From NCBI RefSeq assembly GCF_017432245.1, contig NZ_JAFRJO010000004.1, positions 25,072 to 57,071 on the forward strand: 32,000 bases of DNA, in the 5' to 3' direction. The translations under genes were made by a program, and so were the position numbers. Of the stretch, positions 1 to 9,094 are shown piece after piece. Every line of letters begins with the position of its first letter. Position 1 is the stretch's first letter. The notes under the pieces were generated by a model. That model saw nothing but the letters and a program-made list of their open reading frames with translations. It did no database searches and was not told the origin of the DNA. Origin of the DNA: Methanobrevibacter sp. GTDB taxonomy: Archaea; Methanobacteriota; Methanobacteria; Methanobacteriales; Methanobacteriaceae.

Positions 1-89
1 TAAATGAAATGTATGAGGATGGAACTATCGATAAGATAGCTCAAAAATATAAAGATTATGGAGTCCCAGAAGGGGTAATTTATCCATAA
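1..89 (+). CDS. 3' end of a CDS truncated by the window edge; possibly the C-terminus of an ABC-type solute/amino-acid substrate-binding protein
   Basis: The frame starting at nt 3 reads ...NEMYEDGTIDKIAQKYKDYGVPEGVIYP* with TAA at 87-89. The DGT-x-DKI-x-KY tail resembles C-termini of family-3 periplasmic binding proteins. Only 28 aa are visible. Confidence 0.35.
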   Translation, partial: NEMYEDGTIDKIAQKYKDYGVPEGVIYP

Positions 90-394
90 TTTTTTCTTTT
101 TTAACTAAATTTATTTTTTATAATTAATTTTCTTTTTCAATTTATTTTTAGATTATTTTAGATTTATTTTTTTAAGTAAATTTTTAAAATTATTATTTTA
201 TTTTTCCACTTGTTTTTTAAAATATAATTACTTAACTATATATTGTATTAAAATCATAAATTATATTGTATAAATACTTACTATTATGAAAGTAATATGT
301 AATATTTAAACTAAATAAATTCAAAAAATGACTTAAAAATGATTTAAATTGAAATCATGATTATAAAATTATTCTTAAAATTGGAGGATATGAA

Positions 395-1612
395 ATGTTT
401 ATAGGAGAAGCTCTTATCGGAGACGGAGACGAATTAGCACACGTTGATTTACTTATTGGTGAAAAAGATGGTCCTGTAGGAAACGCTTTTGCTAATGGAT
501 TAAGCCAATTATCTGTTGGACACACCCCATTGCTCAGTGTAATCAGACCTAACTTAATTACCAAACCAGCTACCATCATTATTCCTAAAGTAACTGTTGG
601 TGACTTAGATGATGCAAGCAAAATCTTTGGACCTGCTCAAACTGCTGTAGGTAGAGCTGTAGCTGATTGTGTGGAAGAAGGAATCATTCCTAAAGACAAA
701 GTGGAAGATTGGGTAATTAATGCAAGCGTATTCATTAGCCCAGCTGCACAGGATTACAGAAAAATCTACCAATACAACTATGCAGCAACCAAACTTGCAA
801 TCAAAAGAGCATTGAAAGGTTACCCTGATATTGACAAAGTATTATACGAAAAAGACCGTGGAACCCACGCTATTATGGGATTCAAAGCAATCAAGCTTTA
901 CGAACCACCTTACTTGCAAGTTGCTCTTGACCTTGACAACATGGATGTTATGGAAAGAATCATTAAGCAACTCCCTAACAGAGAAAGAATCCTCCTTGAA
1001 GCAGGAACCCCTCTCGTTAAAAAATTCGGTGTCGGTGTAGTGGGCAAAATCAGAGAATTGGCTCCAAGCGGATTCATTATTGCTGACTTGAAAACCTTGG
1101 ACGTAGGAAGAGTTGAAGTTAAAATGGCTGCAGATGAAACTGCTGATGCAGTAGCAATTTCCGGTCTCGGAACTATTGAATCCATTGAAAAAGCTATTCA
1201 TGAATGTCAAAAACAAGGTATCTACTCCATCCTTGATATGATGAATGTAGATGACTTCACCAAAAAACTCAAGAAAATCAACAAAGAGTTCTTACCTGAC
1301 ATTGTTCTCTTACACAGAAATGTTGACTTAGAAAGTAAACTTAGAGCAGAAGGTAAAAACCTTGATGACGTAAGTGCTTGGGGTAACATTAAGGAAATTA
1401 AGAAAATCACTGGCGGTTTAGTTGCTGTAGCTGGAGGAGTAACTCCAGAAAAAGCACCTGAAGCATTTGAAAAAGGTGCAGACATCATCATCGCAGGTAG
1501 ATACATCATTGGATCTGGTGACCCAAGAAGAGCTGCAGAAGACTTCTTAGCTCAAATGCCTGTAGACCCAAACCACATGAGAGTGGTAATGGAAGATGAT
1601 GAGCAAATTTAA
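395..1612 (+). CDS. fae-hps: Bifunctional formaldehyde-activating enzyme / 3-hexulose-6-phosphate synthase (Fae-Hps fusion)
   Basis: The N-terminal ~165 aa ([26 protein letters not shown]...[12 protein letters not shown]...[16 protein letters not shown]) matches Fae. The C-terminal half (LQVALDL...AGTPL...[11 protein letters not shown]...VAGGV...IIIAGRYI) is an OMP-decarboxylase-fold HPS. A GGAGGA RBS lies 7 nt upstream of the ATG. Confidence 0.9.
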   Translation: MFIGEALIGDGDELAHVDLLIGEKDGPVGNAFANGLSQLSVGHTPLLSVIRPNLITKPATIIIPKVTVGDLDDASKIFGPAQTAVGRAVADCVEEGIIPKDKVEDWVINASVFISPAAQDYRKIYQYNYAATKLAIKRALKGYPDIDKVLYEKDRGTHAIMGFKAIKLYEPPYLQVALDLDNMDVMERIIKQLPNRERILLEAGTPLVKKFGVGVVGKIRELAPSGFIIADLKTLDVGRVEVKMAADETADAVAISGLGTIESIEKAIHECQKQGIYSILDMMNVDDFTKKLKKINKEFLPDIVLLHRNVDLESKLRAEGKNLDDVSAWGNIKEIKKITGGLVAVAGGVTPEKAPEAFEKGADIIIAGRYIIGSGDPRRAAEDFLAQMPVDPNHMRVVMEDDEQI

Positions 1613-1648
1613 GTAGCCGTCCATTGATTGATAAAAATTATAAAGCTT

Positions 1649-1684
1649 TAGCTAATTAGATTATTCTAATTAGCTATTTTTTTT
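1649..1684 (+). terminator. Hairpin plus T8 terminator downstream of fae-hps
   Basis: Perfect 11-bp inverted repeat TAGCTAATTAG (1649-1659) / CTAATTAGCTA (1666-1676) with a 6-nt loop, followed directly by TTTTTTTT (1677-1684). Confidence 0.6.
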
Positions 1685-1744
1685 AAATAATTTTTAATTT
1701 AAGACTGATTTGAATCATTTTAGTTATTAATTAAAGGTGAAACA

Positions 1745-2071
1745 ATGGGATTTTGCAATTCTTGCGGCAGGCCAATGGGAAGAAATGACTATGGAACAAA
1801 TGAAGACGGTAGCCCAAATATGGATTACTGTAAAGACTGTTTCCAAAATGGAGAGTTCACTGAACCTGACATTACCATAAATGAAATGATCATTAGACAT
1901 GCAAAAAGAATGATGAAAAGAAACCCTGATTTACGTGAAGAGGAAGCAACTGGATTGCTATGTAATTTCCTTCCAAACTTGAAAAGATGGAATCCTAATC
2001 CTGATGATGAAATTGATGAGGATGAGGAACCAGTCATGGGTTACAGAGGTAATGCCAGAGATATGTTCTAA
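1745..2071 (+). CDS. Zinc-ribbon domain protein (Zn_ribbon_2-like, CxxC...CxxC)
   Basis: 108 aa: CNSCGRPM...(17 aa)...YCKDCFQNGEFTEPDITINEMI, with an acidic C-terminal tail. A GGTGA RBS lies 5 nt upstream of the ATG. Confidence 0.65.
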   Translation: MGFCNSCGRPMGRNDYGTNEDGSPNMDYCKDCFQNGEFTEPDITINEMIIRHAKRMMKRNPDLREEEATGLLCNFLPNLKRWNPNPDDEIDEDEEPVMGYRGNARDMF

Positions 2072-2092
2072 TTAAAACAAGATGTTAGAGAT

Positions 2093-2130
2093 TTATAGAA
2101 GTTTTATTAAAGTTTGACTTCTATAATTTT
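2093..2130. terminator. Possible bidirectional hairpin terminator between convergent genes
   Basis: TTATAGAAGT (2093-2102) pairs with ACTTCTATAA (2117-2126) across a 14-nt loop. It is flanked by T-runs on the + strand and A-runs (T-runs on the - strand). Confidence 0.35.
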
Positions 2131-2256
2131 ACTATTTTTATTAAAAACTTTAAAAAAATAGGATATAAGGCACAAAATAAGCCATTTTAAAACTAATTTT
2201 GAAAATATTGAATTTTAAAAAAAGATTTAAAGAGTATTGATTTAAAAAATAGATAG

Positions 2257-3006
2257 TTATTGTATTCTTAAAATAAAGTTTTTGAATTTGTCCAAGAGAT
2301 TCCTATAGTGAATGACTTTAACTTTCTCATTGTATAAATCTTCTTGAGATTTTTCGTATTTTTTGAGTAAAGCAATGTATTCCTTTTGCAACTCAACATA
2401 ATCATCAAAGGAATATGAATTTGAACTGGATGTGAACTGTTCATTGCTTAAGAATTCAGAATCAATGATAACATCATCATTTTGTGAATTTAACTTTTCG
2501 TTTAATAAATCCAAATCATCATTCAAGTCAGATATGATGAAATTTTTATCTTCCAATTGTTTTCTTAAACTGGATATGGTGTTTTGATTTTCTTCAAGCT
2601 GCTCTTTCAAACCAGAGCAGTCTTCTTTTAAAACAAGTAATCTTTTTCTGGATTCTTCCAATTGCTCTTCTCTCTTAACCAATTTTTCAGAAAGGGCTTT
2701 CAATTTAGAGGAGGTGGTCTTTAAATCTTCATCAGCAATAGTGAAATCTTTGGTCAATTTTTTATTATCTTCCAATAGCATGCTGTTAAACAATTCTAAA
2801 GCTGATTTCAATTCATCAAACTCGTTAAATTCTTCTGCTTGATCAGCTGATATAATAAAGACTTCTTCCTTATCTTCAAAGATATTGTCAGATTTAGATA
2901 CAGTGACCTGAACCTGTTCTGTCTTATAGGTCTTTTTAGTACCATCCTTTAATGTCCTATTGTAAGACCTAAAATATTTTTTAACAATACCTTTTACGAA
3001 ATCCAT
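2257..3006 (-). CDS. Coiled-coil protein of unknown function with a short N-terminal beta-rich module; paralog of 13459..14154
   Basis: 249 aa. Residues ~60-249 are heptad-rich, E/K/L-dominated (LKALSEKLVKREEQLEESRKRLLVLKEDCSGLKEQLEE...). The N-terminus (VSKSDNIFEDKEEVFIIS) aligns with LSKKDNFEGGEKVMILRIS of the 13459..14154 product. Confidence 0.65.
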   Translation of the reverse strand: MDFVKGIVKKYFRSYNRTLKDGTKKTYKTEQVQVTVSKSDNIFEDKEEVFIISADQAEEFNEFDELKSALELFNSMLLEDNKKLTKDFTIADEDLKTTSSKLKALSEKLVKREEQLEESRKRLLVLKEDCSGLKEQLEENQNTISSLRKQLEDKNFIISDLNDDLDLLNEKLNSQNDDVIIDSEFLSNEQFTSSSNSYSFDDYVELQKEYIALLKKYEKSQEDLYNEKVKVIHYRNLLDKFKNFILRIQ

Positions 3007-3275
3007 AAAAACACCATTTTGAATATAACCATTAATAAAATATTGGCATTAAGCAAATAATCATGTGAAAAATTTAAAAAATTATTTTTTTTAGACAAAA
3101 ATTTGTCAATAAAACAACATTATAATATTAATATATGATTTATATTATATAAGTTTTATAATTTTTTTAAAAAATTTTAAAAAAACTTTTAATGAAAGTT
3201 AATAAAAATAGTAATAGATAAAAAAATTAAAAAAATATTCTATAATCTAAATTTAATAATCTAATTTGAGGTAAT

Positions 3276-3875
3276 ATGATGAAAATTCTTGGAATTTGTG
3301 GAAGTCCACGAGAAGGTGCCAGCGAATATTTATTGAAAAGGGCATTGAATGAATTGAATAAGGAAGATTCATTTGAAACCACCTTCATATCTGTAAAAGA
3401 TAAGGACATCGCTCCTTGCACACATTGCAATGAATGTGCAGAAACAAAGGGAAAGTGTTCAATATCTGATGATATGGACGAAATTTATAAAGCTCTTAGA
3501 GATGCCGATGGAATCATAATGGCAAGTCCAATCCATTTCGGAAGCATCTCTGCACAATTGAAAGCAGTTATTGACAGATGCCAAGCCATGATCATGGAAG
3601 ACTTGGATATTTTCAAAAACAAGGTGGGAATTTCAATAGTTGTAGGTGGAGACAGGTCTGGAGGTCAGGAATTGACCATTCAGCAAATCAACACATTCTA
3701 TCTATTAAATAAAATCATACCATTAAGTGGAGGATCCTTTGGCGCTAATTTAGGAGCATGCTTATGGTCCCAGGATGATGGAGCAGAAGGCGTGAAGGAA
3801 GACGAATATGGACTTAAAACATTGGATATGACTATAAATCATTTTAAAGAGTTTTTATTAGAGTTTAAATCATAA
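3276..3875 (+). CDS. Iron-sulfur flavoprotein (Isf-type NADPH-dependent FMN reductase family)
   Basis: MKILGICGSPREG flavodoxin-like N-terminus plus a compact Cys motif CTHCNECAETKGKC (CX2CX2CX5C), which is typical of methanogen Isf. GAGGT RBS. Confidence 0.8.
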   Translation: MMKILGICGSPREGASEYLLKRALNELNKEDSFETTFISVKDKDIAPCTHCNECAETKGKCSISDDMDEIYKALRDADGIIMASPIHFGSISAQLKAVIDRCQAMIMEDLDIFKNKVGISIVVGGDRSGGQELTIQQINTFYLLNKIIPLSGGSFGANLGACLWSQDDGAEGVKEDEYGLKTLDMTINHFKEFLLEFKS

Positions 3876-4032
3876 TGAGGATTTATAAAAAAATTATTCC
3901 TTTTTTAACAAAAGGTATATAAATAAAAATTTATATAGGAATATCTAATTATATTATATAGTATAATACTATTAATTTAATTAAGTATTTTATTAAATTT
4001 GATATTTCATAGCTTTTTTTAAAGAATATGGT

Positions 4033-5604
4033 GTGAATATGGGAGAAGCAACTGGGAGTTCTAAAGTAGCTAAGGGAAGCGCTATTATCTTAATAGGAAA
4101 TGTCATCTTCCGTGTAGGGGGATATCTTTACCGTTTCCTTATGGCATCACTTTTAGGACCGGCAGCATATGGTATACTTGGACTCACAACTCCATTTCAA
4201 GGAATATTCCAAGTTTTATCTGCAGCAGGGCTTCCACCGGCAATAGCTAAATACGTATCAGAGTACAATGCCCTTGATGAAGAGGATCTTGCTCGCCAAA
4301 CAGTTTTCACAGCACTGAAGATAATGGTCTTTTTAGGATTCTTCTTTGGACTGATTATGGTATTTGTAGCTGCACCTATCATTACAAACTATTATCACAA
4401 GCCAGAGGCATTGTTGCCGCTTCAGGCTGTTGGTTTAATCACTCCTTTCAGTGTGATAGTCGGTGCATTTAGAGGTGCTTTCCAAGGTGTATACAAAATG
4501 GAATACATCCTTTATACACGTGCAATTGAACAGATATTCATGATTCTATTTGCAACTGCACTTGTAATTTTAGGATTATCCACCTTTGGTGCAGTATTAG
4601 GTTCTGTACTCGGTTTTGCAGCATCAGCAGTGTCTGCAGTCTATATCTTTAAAAGGTATATGGGAAAATATATCCCCCCTGCAAATCCTGACTTTAAGTT
4701 TACCTTCAGACAGGAATTGGGCCTTGCAAAAAGATTGCTTTTCTTTTCAATTCCAGTTACAGTCACTGCACTTGCTGAAATGGGTATTTACAGCATTTGT
4801 ACCTTGATTATGGGAGGATTCTTAGCTGCAAGCGCAATCGGTTACTTTACAGCAGCAGATCCTATTTCACGACTTCCTTTAATAGTCTCAAGTTCACTTG
4901 CAACTACCATATTGCCTGCAGCGTCTGAAGCATATGCTCTAAAGGATCAAAACCTACTTGAAAAATATGTCAATGCATCATATAAATACGGAATGTTCTT
5001 TGTAATTCCAATGTGTGTAGGAATAGCTATTTTTGCAAAGGAAATCATGGGGCTTGTATACTTTACAAATTCAGCTTACATGAACGGTGCAATGTCTCTT
5101 GCAATTCTTGTAATCGGTATGACATTCTATTCAATATATACAATTTCAGGAAGTATTGTCCAAGGTATTGGAAATCCAAGAATACCAATGTACCTTTTGA
5201 TATTCGGATGTATCATCACTTTAGGCCTCGGTTGGTACTTGATTCCTACTTACGGCATTGAAGGTGGAGCATTAGCTACTACAATAGCTTCATTCATAAT
5301 GATGATACCTATGTTCCTGCTCCAATTCAAGTTAACTAAAACCCATGCCCCTTATGCATTCTTAACTAAAGTCACAATAGCTTCATTGATTATGGCCTTG
5401 CCTGTATTTGTGCTTCCAAACAATAGCTATGGATTGATTGCAGGACTGATAATCTGTCCAATAATCTATATGATTGCAATTGTAGCACTTAGAACATTAT
5501 CCCATGATGATGTGGCAGGATTTAGAAAATTCACCAGAAAATTAGGTCCTTTAAGAAAATATGCCAATAAGCTATTGGATATTATAGATAAATACAGTTC
5601 TTAA
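4033..5604 (+). CDS. MOP-superfamily polysaccharide/oligosaccharide flippase (Wzx/MurJ-like polysaccharide biosynthesis protein)
   Basis: 523 aa, about 14 predicted TM helices, with an N-terminal SAIILIGNVIFRVGGYLYRFLMASLLGPAAYG pattern typical of the family. The track start is GTG 4033; ATG 4039 with GGTG 5 nt upstream is the likelier start. Confidence 0.75.
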   Translation: MNMGEATGSSKVAKGSAIILIGNVIFRVGGYLYRFLMASLLGPAAYGILGLTTPFQGIFQVLSAAGLPPAIAKYVSEYNALDEEDLARQTVFTALKIMVFLGFFFGLIMVFVAAPIITNYYHKPEALLPLQAVGLITPFSVIVGAFRGAFQGVYKMEYILYTRAIEQIFMILFATALVILGLSTFGAVLGSVLGFAASAVSAVYIFKRYMGKYIPPANPDFKFTFRQELGLAKRLLFFSIPVTVTALAEMGIYSICTLIMGGFLAASAIGYFTAADPISRLPLIVSSSLATTILPAASEAYALKDQNLLEKYVNASYKYGMFFVIPMCVGIAIFAKEIMGLVYFTNSAYMNGAMSLAILVIGMTFYSIYTISGSIVQGIGNPRIPMYLLIFGCIITLGLGWYLIPTYGIEGGALATTIASFIMMIPMFLLQFKLTKTHAPYAFLTKVTIASLIMALPVFVLPNNSYGLIAGLIICPIIYMIAIVALRTLSHDDVAGFRKFTRKLGPLRKYANKLLDIIDKYSS

Positions 5605-5964
5605 AAAATCAATAAATTTTTATCTTTACTTTTTTTATTTACTTTAATCTTACTTTTTTTAACTCTAGCTTAGTTTTTTTTGGGTCGAATTAAACATTCA
5701 TTCTATTTTTCAAATTCATATCGATTTTTTAAAAGAATCACTTATAAAGGAATTATCGATTACGAATATTCATCATAACGAGTCAAAACTAAATATCCTT
5801 TCTTTTATATCTTAAAACATCTTATAACCAAAAATAATTTTTGAAATAATTAGCGAATATAATTAGATTAAAATAAATAAGTTTAATTAATAAAAGGCAT
5901 ATATTAAATATCAATCTGAGTAATTTTTGAAAAATATTTTTTTAAGGTAAAAGGGACGATTAAT

Positions 5965-6657
5965 ATGACTGAGGTAAAAGCTGGAGTAGAATATAAGATT
6001 AATATAGATGGAAATTCTTTTCTATTGGATCAAAAGAAATTCAATCTGTTGATTTATATAAATGAAAGCGAATCAATTACAGAAGCTGCTAAGCGTTCAA
6101 AAATTTCATACAGAACTGCTTTAAACTATATCGATAAAATAGAGTCAAGCTTGGATATAGCTATTGTAAGCACTAAAAAAGGAGGAAGCGGTGGTGGAGG
6201 CAGTACCACTCTTACCGAAGAGGGCTTGCAGATTCTAAAGGAATGTAAAAAGATCAATGCAATCATGGAACTTCATAGCGAAACAAATGAGATTGAAGCT
6301 GAAATTCTTGAAGTTGACAAGTCAAAAGGTGTCATGAAAATTCAAATGAATGAGTTGGTCATAACTATTCCACTTAAAAAGGAATATAAAGTTGGAGATA
6401 AGATTCTCGCTTTAATAAGCTATGACAATATATTCATAATGTTGGAGCCTCAAGCATCCAGTATTAGAAACATCTTCAAGGGAAAAGTCACTGAAATGAG
6501 ACTTAAGGATGAAATGATCCGTGTAAAAATTGACATTGATGGAGTGGACATTTTCTCAGACATTACCTTATCTGCAGGTAAGGACTTGGATTTAAGTTTA
6601 GGAAAAGAGGTTTACATTGGATTTAAGGCATTGTCAATAGCTACATTAAAATTATAG
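5965..6657 (+). CDS. ModE-like molybdate-responsive transcriptional regulator (N-terminal wHTH plus C-terminal TOBE/Mop domains)
   Basis: ISYRTALNYIDKIE...VSTKKGGSGGGGSTTLTEEGLQIL parallels E. coli ModE ISYKSAWDAINEMN...ATGGKGGGGAVLTRYGQRL. The C-terminus SSIRNIFKGKVTEM...VKIDIDG...ITLSAGKDLDLSLGKEVYIGFKA is TOBE-like. Confidence 0.8.
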   Translation: MTEVKAGVEYKINIDGNSFLLDQKKFNLLIYINESESITEAAKRSKISYRTALNYIDKIESSLDIAIVSTKKGGSGGGGSTTLTEEGLQILKECKKINAIMELHSETNEIEAEILEVDKSKGVMKIQMNELVITIPLKKEYKVGDKILALISYDNIFIMLEPQASSIRNIFKGKVTEMRLKDEMIRVKIDIDGVDIFSDITLSAGKDLDLSLGKEVYIGFKALSIATLKL

Positions 6658-6765
6658 GCAATTTACTTGAAAAATAAAAATAATATATTTTTTTAACAAA
6701 TTAGCCATAATTTTATATATTTTAAATAAAATAAGATTATTTACAGATTTATTCATGGTGATATT

Positions 6766-6966
6766 ATTTTAAAGATTATAGTTGATGAGGACAAATGCAC
6801 TGCATGTGGAAATTGCAAAGAGATTTGTCCAAAAGGAGGATATATTTGGACTATTGATACTGTTGCACATGTATCAAACTTAGATTATTGTCATGTTTGT
6901 ACATTATGTGCAATGAAATGCGGTCCAGATGCAATTAAAATTATGAGAAATGCACCAGATGAGTAA
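6766..6966 (+). CDS. 2x[4Fe-4S] ferredoxin (small, ~66 aa); start codon unresolved
   Basis: Absent from the ORF track. The frame reads ...LKIIVDEDKCTACGNCKEICPKGGYIWTIDTVAHVSNLDYCHVCTLCAMKCGPDAIKIMRNAPDE* with TAA at 6964-6966, giving two CxxCxxCxxxC(P/G) motifs. There is no in-frame ATG/GTG/TTG after the upstream stop at 6727-6729. GGTGA at 6757-6761 would serve an ATT start at 6766. Confidence 0.7.
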   Translation: MLKIIVDEDKCTACGNCKEICPKGGYIWTIDTVAHVSNLDYCHVCTLCAMKCGPDAIKIMRNAPDE

Positions 6967-7102
6967 ATAATTAATCGTTATTTTAATTTAAATATAGTTT
7001 AAAATTTTTCTGTAAATTGTTACTATATTATCCTTATTAGAAATACTTTTAGTAAATACTTTTAGGAAATACTTATTAGAACTTAAATCAGTGAGTGATT
7101 CA

Positions 7103-7681
7103 ATGACTAGAACAGCTAAAGTTTCAAGAAAGACATCTGAAACAGATATTGAAATAGAGTTAAATATTGATGGAACTGGAGAATATGATATTGACACCGG
7201 CGTCAATTTCTTCAACCACATGTTGGAATCATTTTCAAAACACAGTTTCATGGATTTAAAGGTTAAGGCAATCGGTGATATTGAAATCGATGATCACCAC
7301 ACTGTAGAGGATGTTGGCATATTGTTAGGTGAAGCTTTTAGAGAAGCTATTGGCGACAAGAAAGGAATCAGAAGAATGGGTCACGCAATTGTCCCTATGG
7401 ATGATTCAGTTGCAACTGTTGCCATAGACATCAGCGGCCGCAGCTACTGCAATATGGACTTGGATTTCAAGCATGACAAGATTGGTGACTTAAGCAGTGA
7501 TGTTGTAGTTCACTTCTTTGAATCCTTTGCTTCCAGCGGAAAGATCAATATCTATGGAACCTGTGAAGGAGCAAATGATCACCACAAGGCTGAAGCCCTA
7601 TTCAAAGCCTTTGCAAAATCATTGTATGATGGATGCAAAATAGAGCATGATGAAATATTAAGTACAAAAGGTGTTCTTTAG
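7103..7681 (+). CDS. hisB: Imidazoleglycerol-phosphate dehydratase
   Basis: [16 protein letters not shown]...[13 protein letters not shown]...[17 protein letters not shown]...[19 protein letters not shown] are canonical IGPD metal-binding motifs. The track starts at GTG 7091; ATG 7103, preceded by GTGAGTGA, fits family N-termini better. Confidence 0.9.
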   Translation: MTRTAKVSRKTSETDIEIELNIDGTGEYDIDTGVNFFNHMLESFSKHSFMDLKVKAIGDIEIDDHHTVEDVGILLGEAFREAIGDKKGIRRMGHAIVPMDDSVATVAIDISGRSYCNMDLDFKHDKIGDLSSDVVVHFFESFASSGKINIYGTCEGANDHHKAEALFKAFAKSLYDGCKIEHDEILSTKGVL

Positions 7682-7987
7682 AATATCTTTTTATTTCTTT
7701 TTTTCTATTTTTCTATTTTTCTTTTTATCTCTTTTTTATTTTAATTTTTAAAATTCTTTTAAAGTAATTTTTATAAATTTTCAATTTTTAAAACATTATT
7801 CTATTTTTTAAATTTGCACTTTTTCCGCCAAGACAATTATTTTAAAAAATTTAATGAAAAAAAGTTAGTAATTATACGAATAAAACATTGGCATGCAAAG
7901 TTTTGAAATTGATTTAATAAAAAGAAAAAAAGTAAATTTTGGTTTTGATTTGAGATTTGATTTTTTGATTTGATTTGAATTTGTTTT

Positions 7988-8028
7988 AAAAAAGAAAAAA
8001 GAAAAATAAGTAGCTGAAAAGCTACTTA
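7988..8028 (-). terminator. Hairpin plus T-tract terminator downstream of mtd
   Basis: TAAGTAGC (8007-8014) / GCTACTTA (8021-8028) forms an 8-bp stem with a 6-nt loop, 12 nt after the mtd stop. On the - strand it is followed by TTTTTCTTTTTTCTTT (complement of 7988-8006). Confidence 0.5.
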
Positions 8029-8039
8029 ATCCTCGACAC

Positions 8040-8870
8040 TTATTCTGGTTTGCTGATTAAATCAAGTTTGCAACCAACGTTACCTTCTTTCATGTGAGGG
8101 GTTCTTAATACAGTGTCGTTGGATTTTTCAATTTCTCTTGCTTCAGCTGCTAATGCAGCAGCACATGCAGCCATTTCGTGAGCAGCAGCTACTAAAGGAA
8201 TGAAGTTTTCGAATCCTTTGGTCATGAAACAACCTTTCATGTCTAAACCTGCTACAGCACCAGCCATTTCATATGCAGCAATAGCTTTTGCTTTTGCGTA
8301 AGGGTTTTGGAATTTAGCAGCTTCTACAGCTTTTTCAGCGGTTACAATGAGTTTAGGTAATTCTACTTCGTTACCTGCTTCAATAGCTTCGATTACACCG
8401 TCAATGGTTTTTTGTACTAATCTTAAAGCACCGGTTTCTGCTAATACTTTAATGATATCAGCGTTGAAAATAGCCATTTCAGTAGGGTCTAACCATTCTC
8501 TTTTTGCACCGATCATTGGGTCTGCCATAACAATAATGTAACCTAAACCTTGTTCGTCCATTTCATCTTTTTTGCCTTTACCAGGAGCGTCACCAATGAT
8601 AATAGCAGGTTTATCTATTTCAGATAATAATTCTCTTGCTCTAGCTGGACCAGGTGCTGCTGGGTTTGGGCTAATGAAAATACAGAAATCTGGGTCGAAT
8701 TGTTCAAACTTAGGTACAACGTCTTCGACTTGTTCAGGGTTCATTTTTGCTCCAGATCCAAATACTCTTACGTCGATGTTTGGTCTGTCTGCTCTTTCGT
8801 CTAATAATAAATCTAATATTGGTGAAGTACCAATATTACCACTTCTTAATATAGCGATTTTAACTACCAT
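8040..8870 (-). CDS. mtd: F420-dependent methylenetetrahydromethanopterin dehydrogenase
   Basis: MVVKIAILRSGNIGTSPILDLLLDERADR...PNPAAPGP...IIGDAPG...LGYIIV...EKSNDTVLRTPH closely parallels characterised Mtd. The ATG at 8870-8868 is preceded by GTGAT. The 43 extra codons in the track ORF (to 8999) are low-complexity read-through of AT-rich leader. Confidence 0.9.
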   Translation of the reverse strand: MVVKIAILRSGNIGTSPILDLLLDERADRPNIDVRVFGSGAKMNPEQVEDVVPKFEQFDPDFCIFISPNPAAPGPARARELLSEIDKPAIIIGDAPGKGKKDEMDEQGLGYIIVMADPMIGAKREWLDPTEMAIFNADIIKVLAETGALRLVQKTIDGVIEAIEAGNEVELPKLIVTAEKAVEAAKFQNPYAKAKAIAAYEMAGAVAGLDMKGCFMTKGFENFIPLVAAAHEMAACAAALAAEAREIEKSNDTVLRTPHMKEGNVGCKLDLISKPE

Positions 8871-9094
8871 AATATCACAATAATATTTATAGTATTTGCT
8901 TATTATAAAGTTAATGTAAAAAAACAAATAAAAAACTTTATATATTAGAATAATTTTTTTTAAAATACAAGTAAAATTAGTTATAAAAATAAAGAACATA
9001 GAGAAAGTATTTTGGAAAAATAAGGAAAATTAAATCTAATCTAAAAAAATTTAGAATCTTAAATAAATTATCAAGATTTTAAAAAAAAATATAA

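Noticed and set aside
5700-5775. Imperfect inverted repeat TTCATATCGAT ... ATCGATTACGAA upstream of the ModE-like gene, considered as a ModE operator
   Set aside because: The arms are imperfect and about 200 bp from the start codon. Resemblance to the E. coli ModE site (ATCGnTATATA-type) is superficial in such AT-rich DNA.
7941-7985. TTTGATTTGA-type microsatellite-like tract between hisB and mtd
   Set aside because: It is a short, degenerate low-complexity repeat in a convergent intergenic region, with no symmetry or association with a promoter. It is likely slippage-derived filler.
8871-8999. 43-codon N-terminal extension of the mtd ORF in the six-frame track (MFFIFITNFTCILKK...)
   Set aside because: It is Phe/Ile/Tyr/Lys low-complexity translation of AT-rich promoter DNA. 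Mtd homologs start at MVVKIAIL-type sequence, and ATG 8870 has a GTGAT RBS. The true start is 8870.
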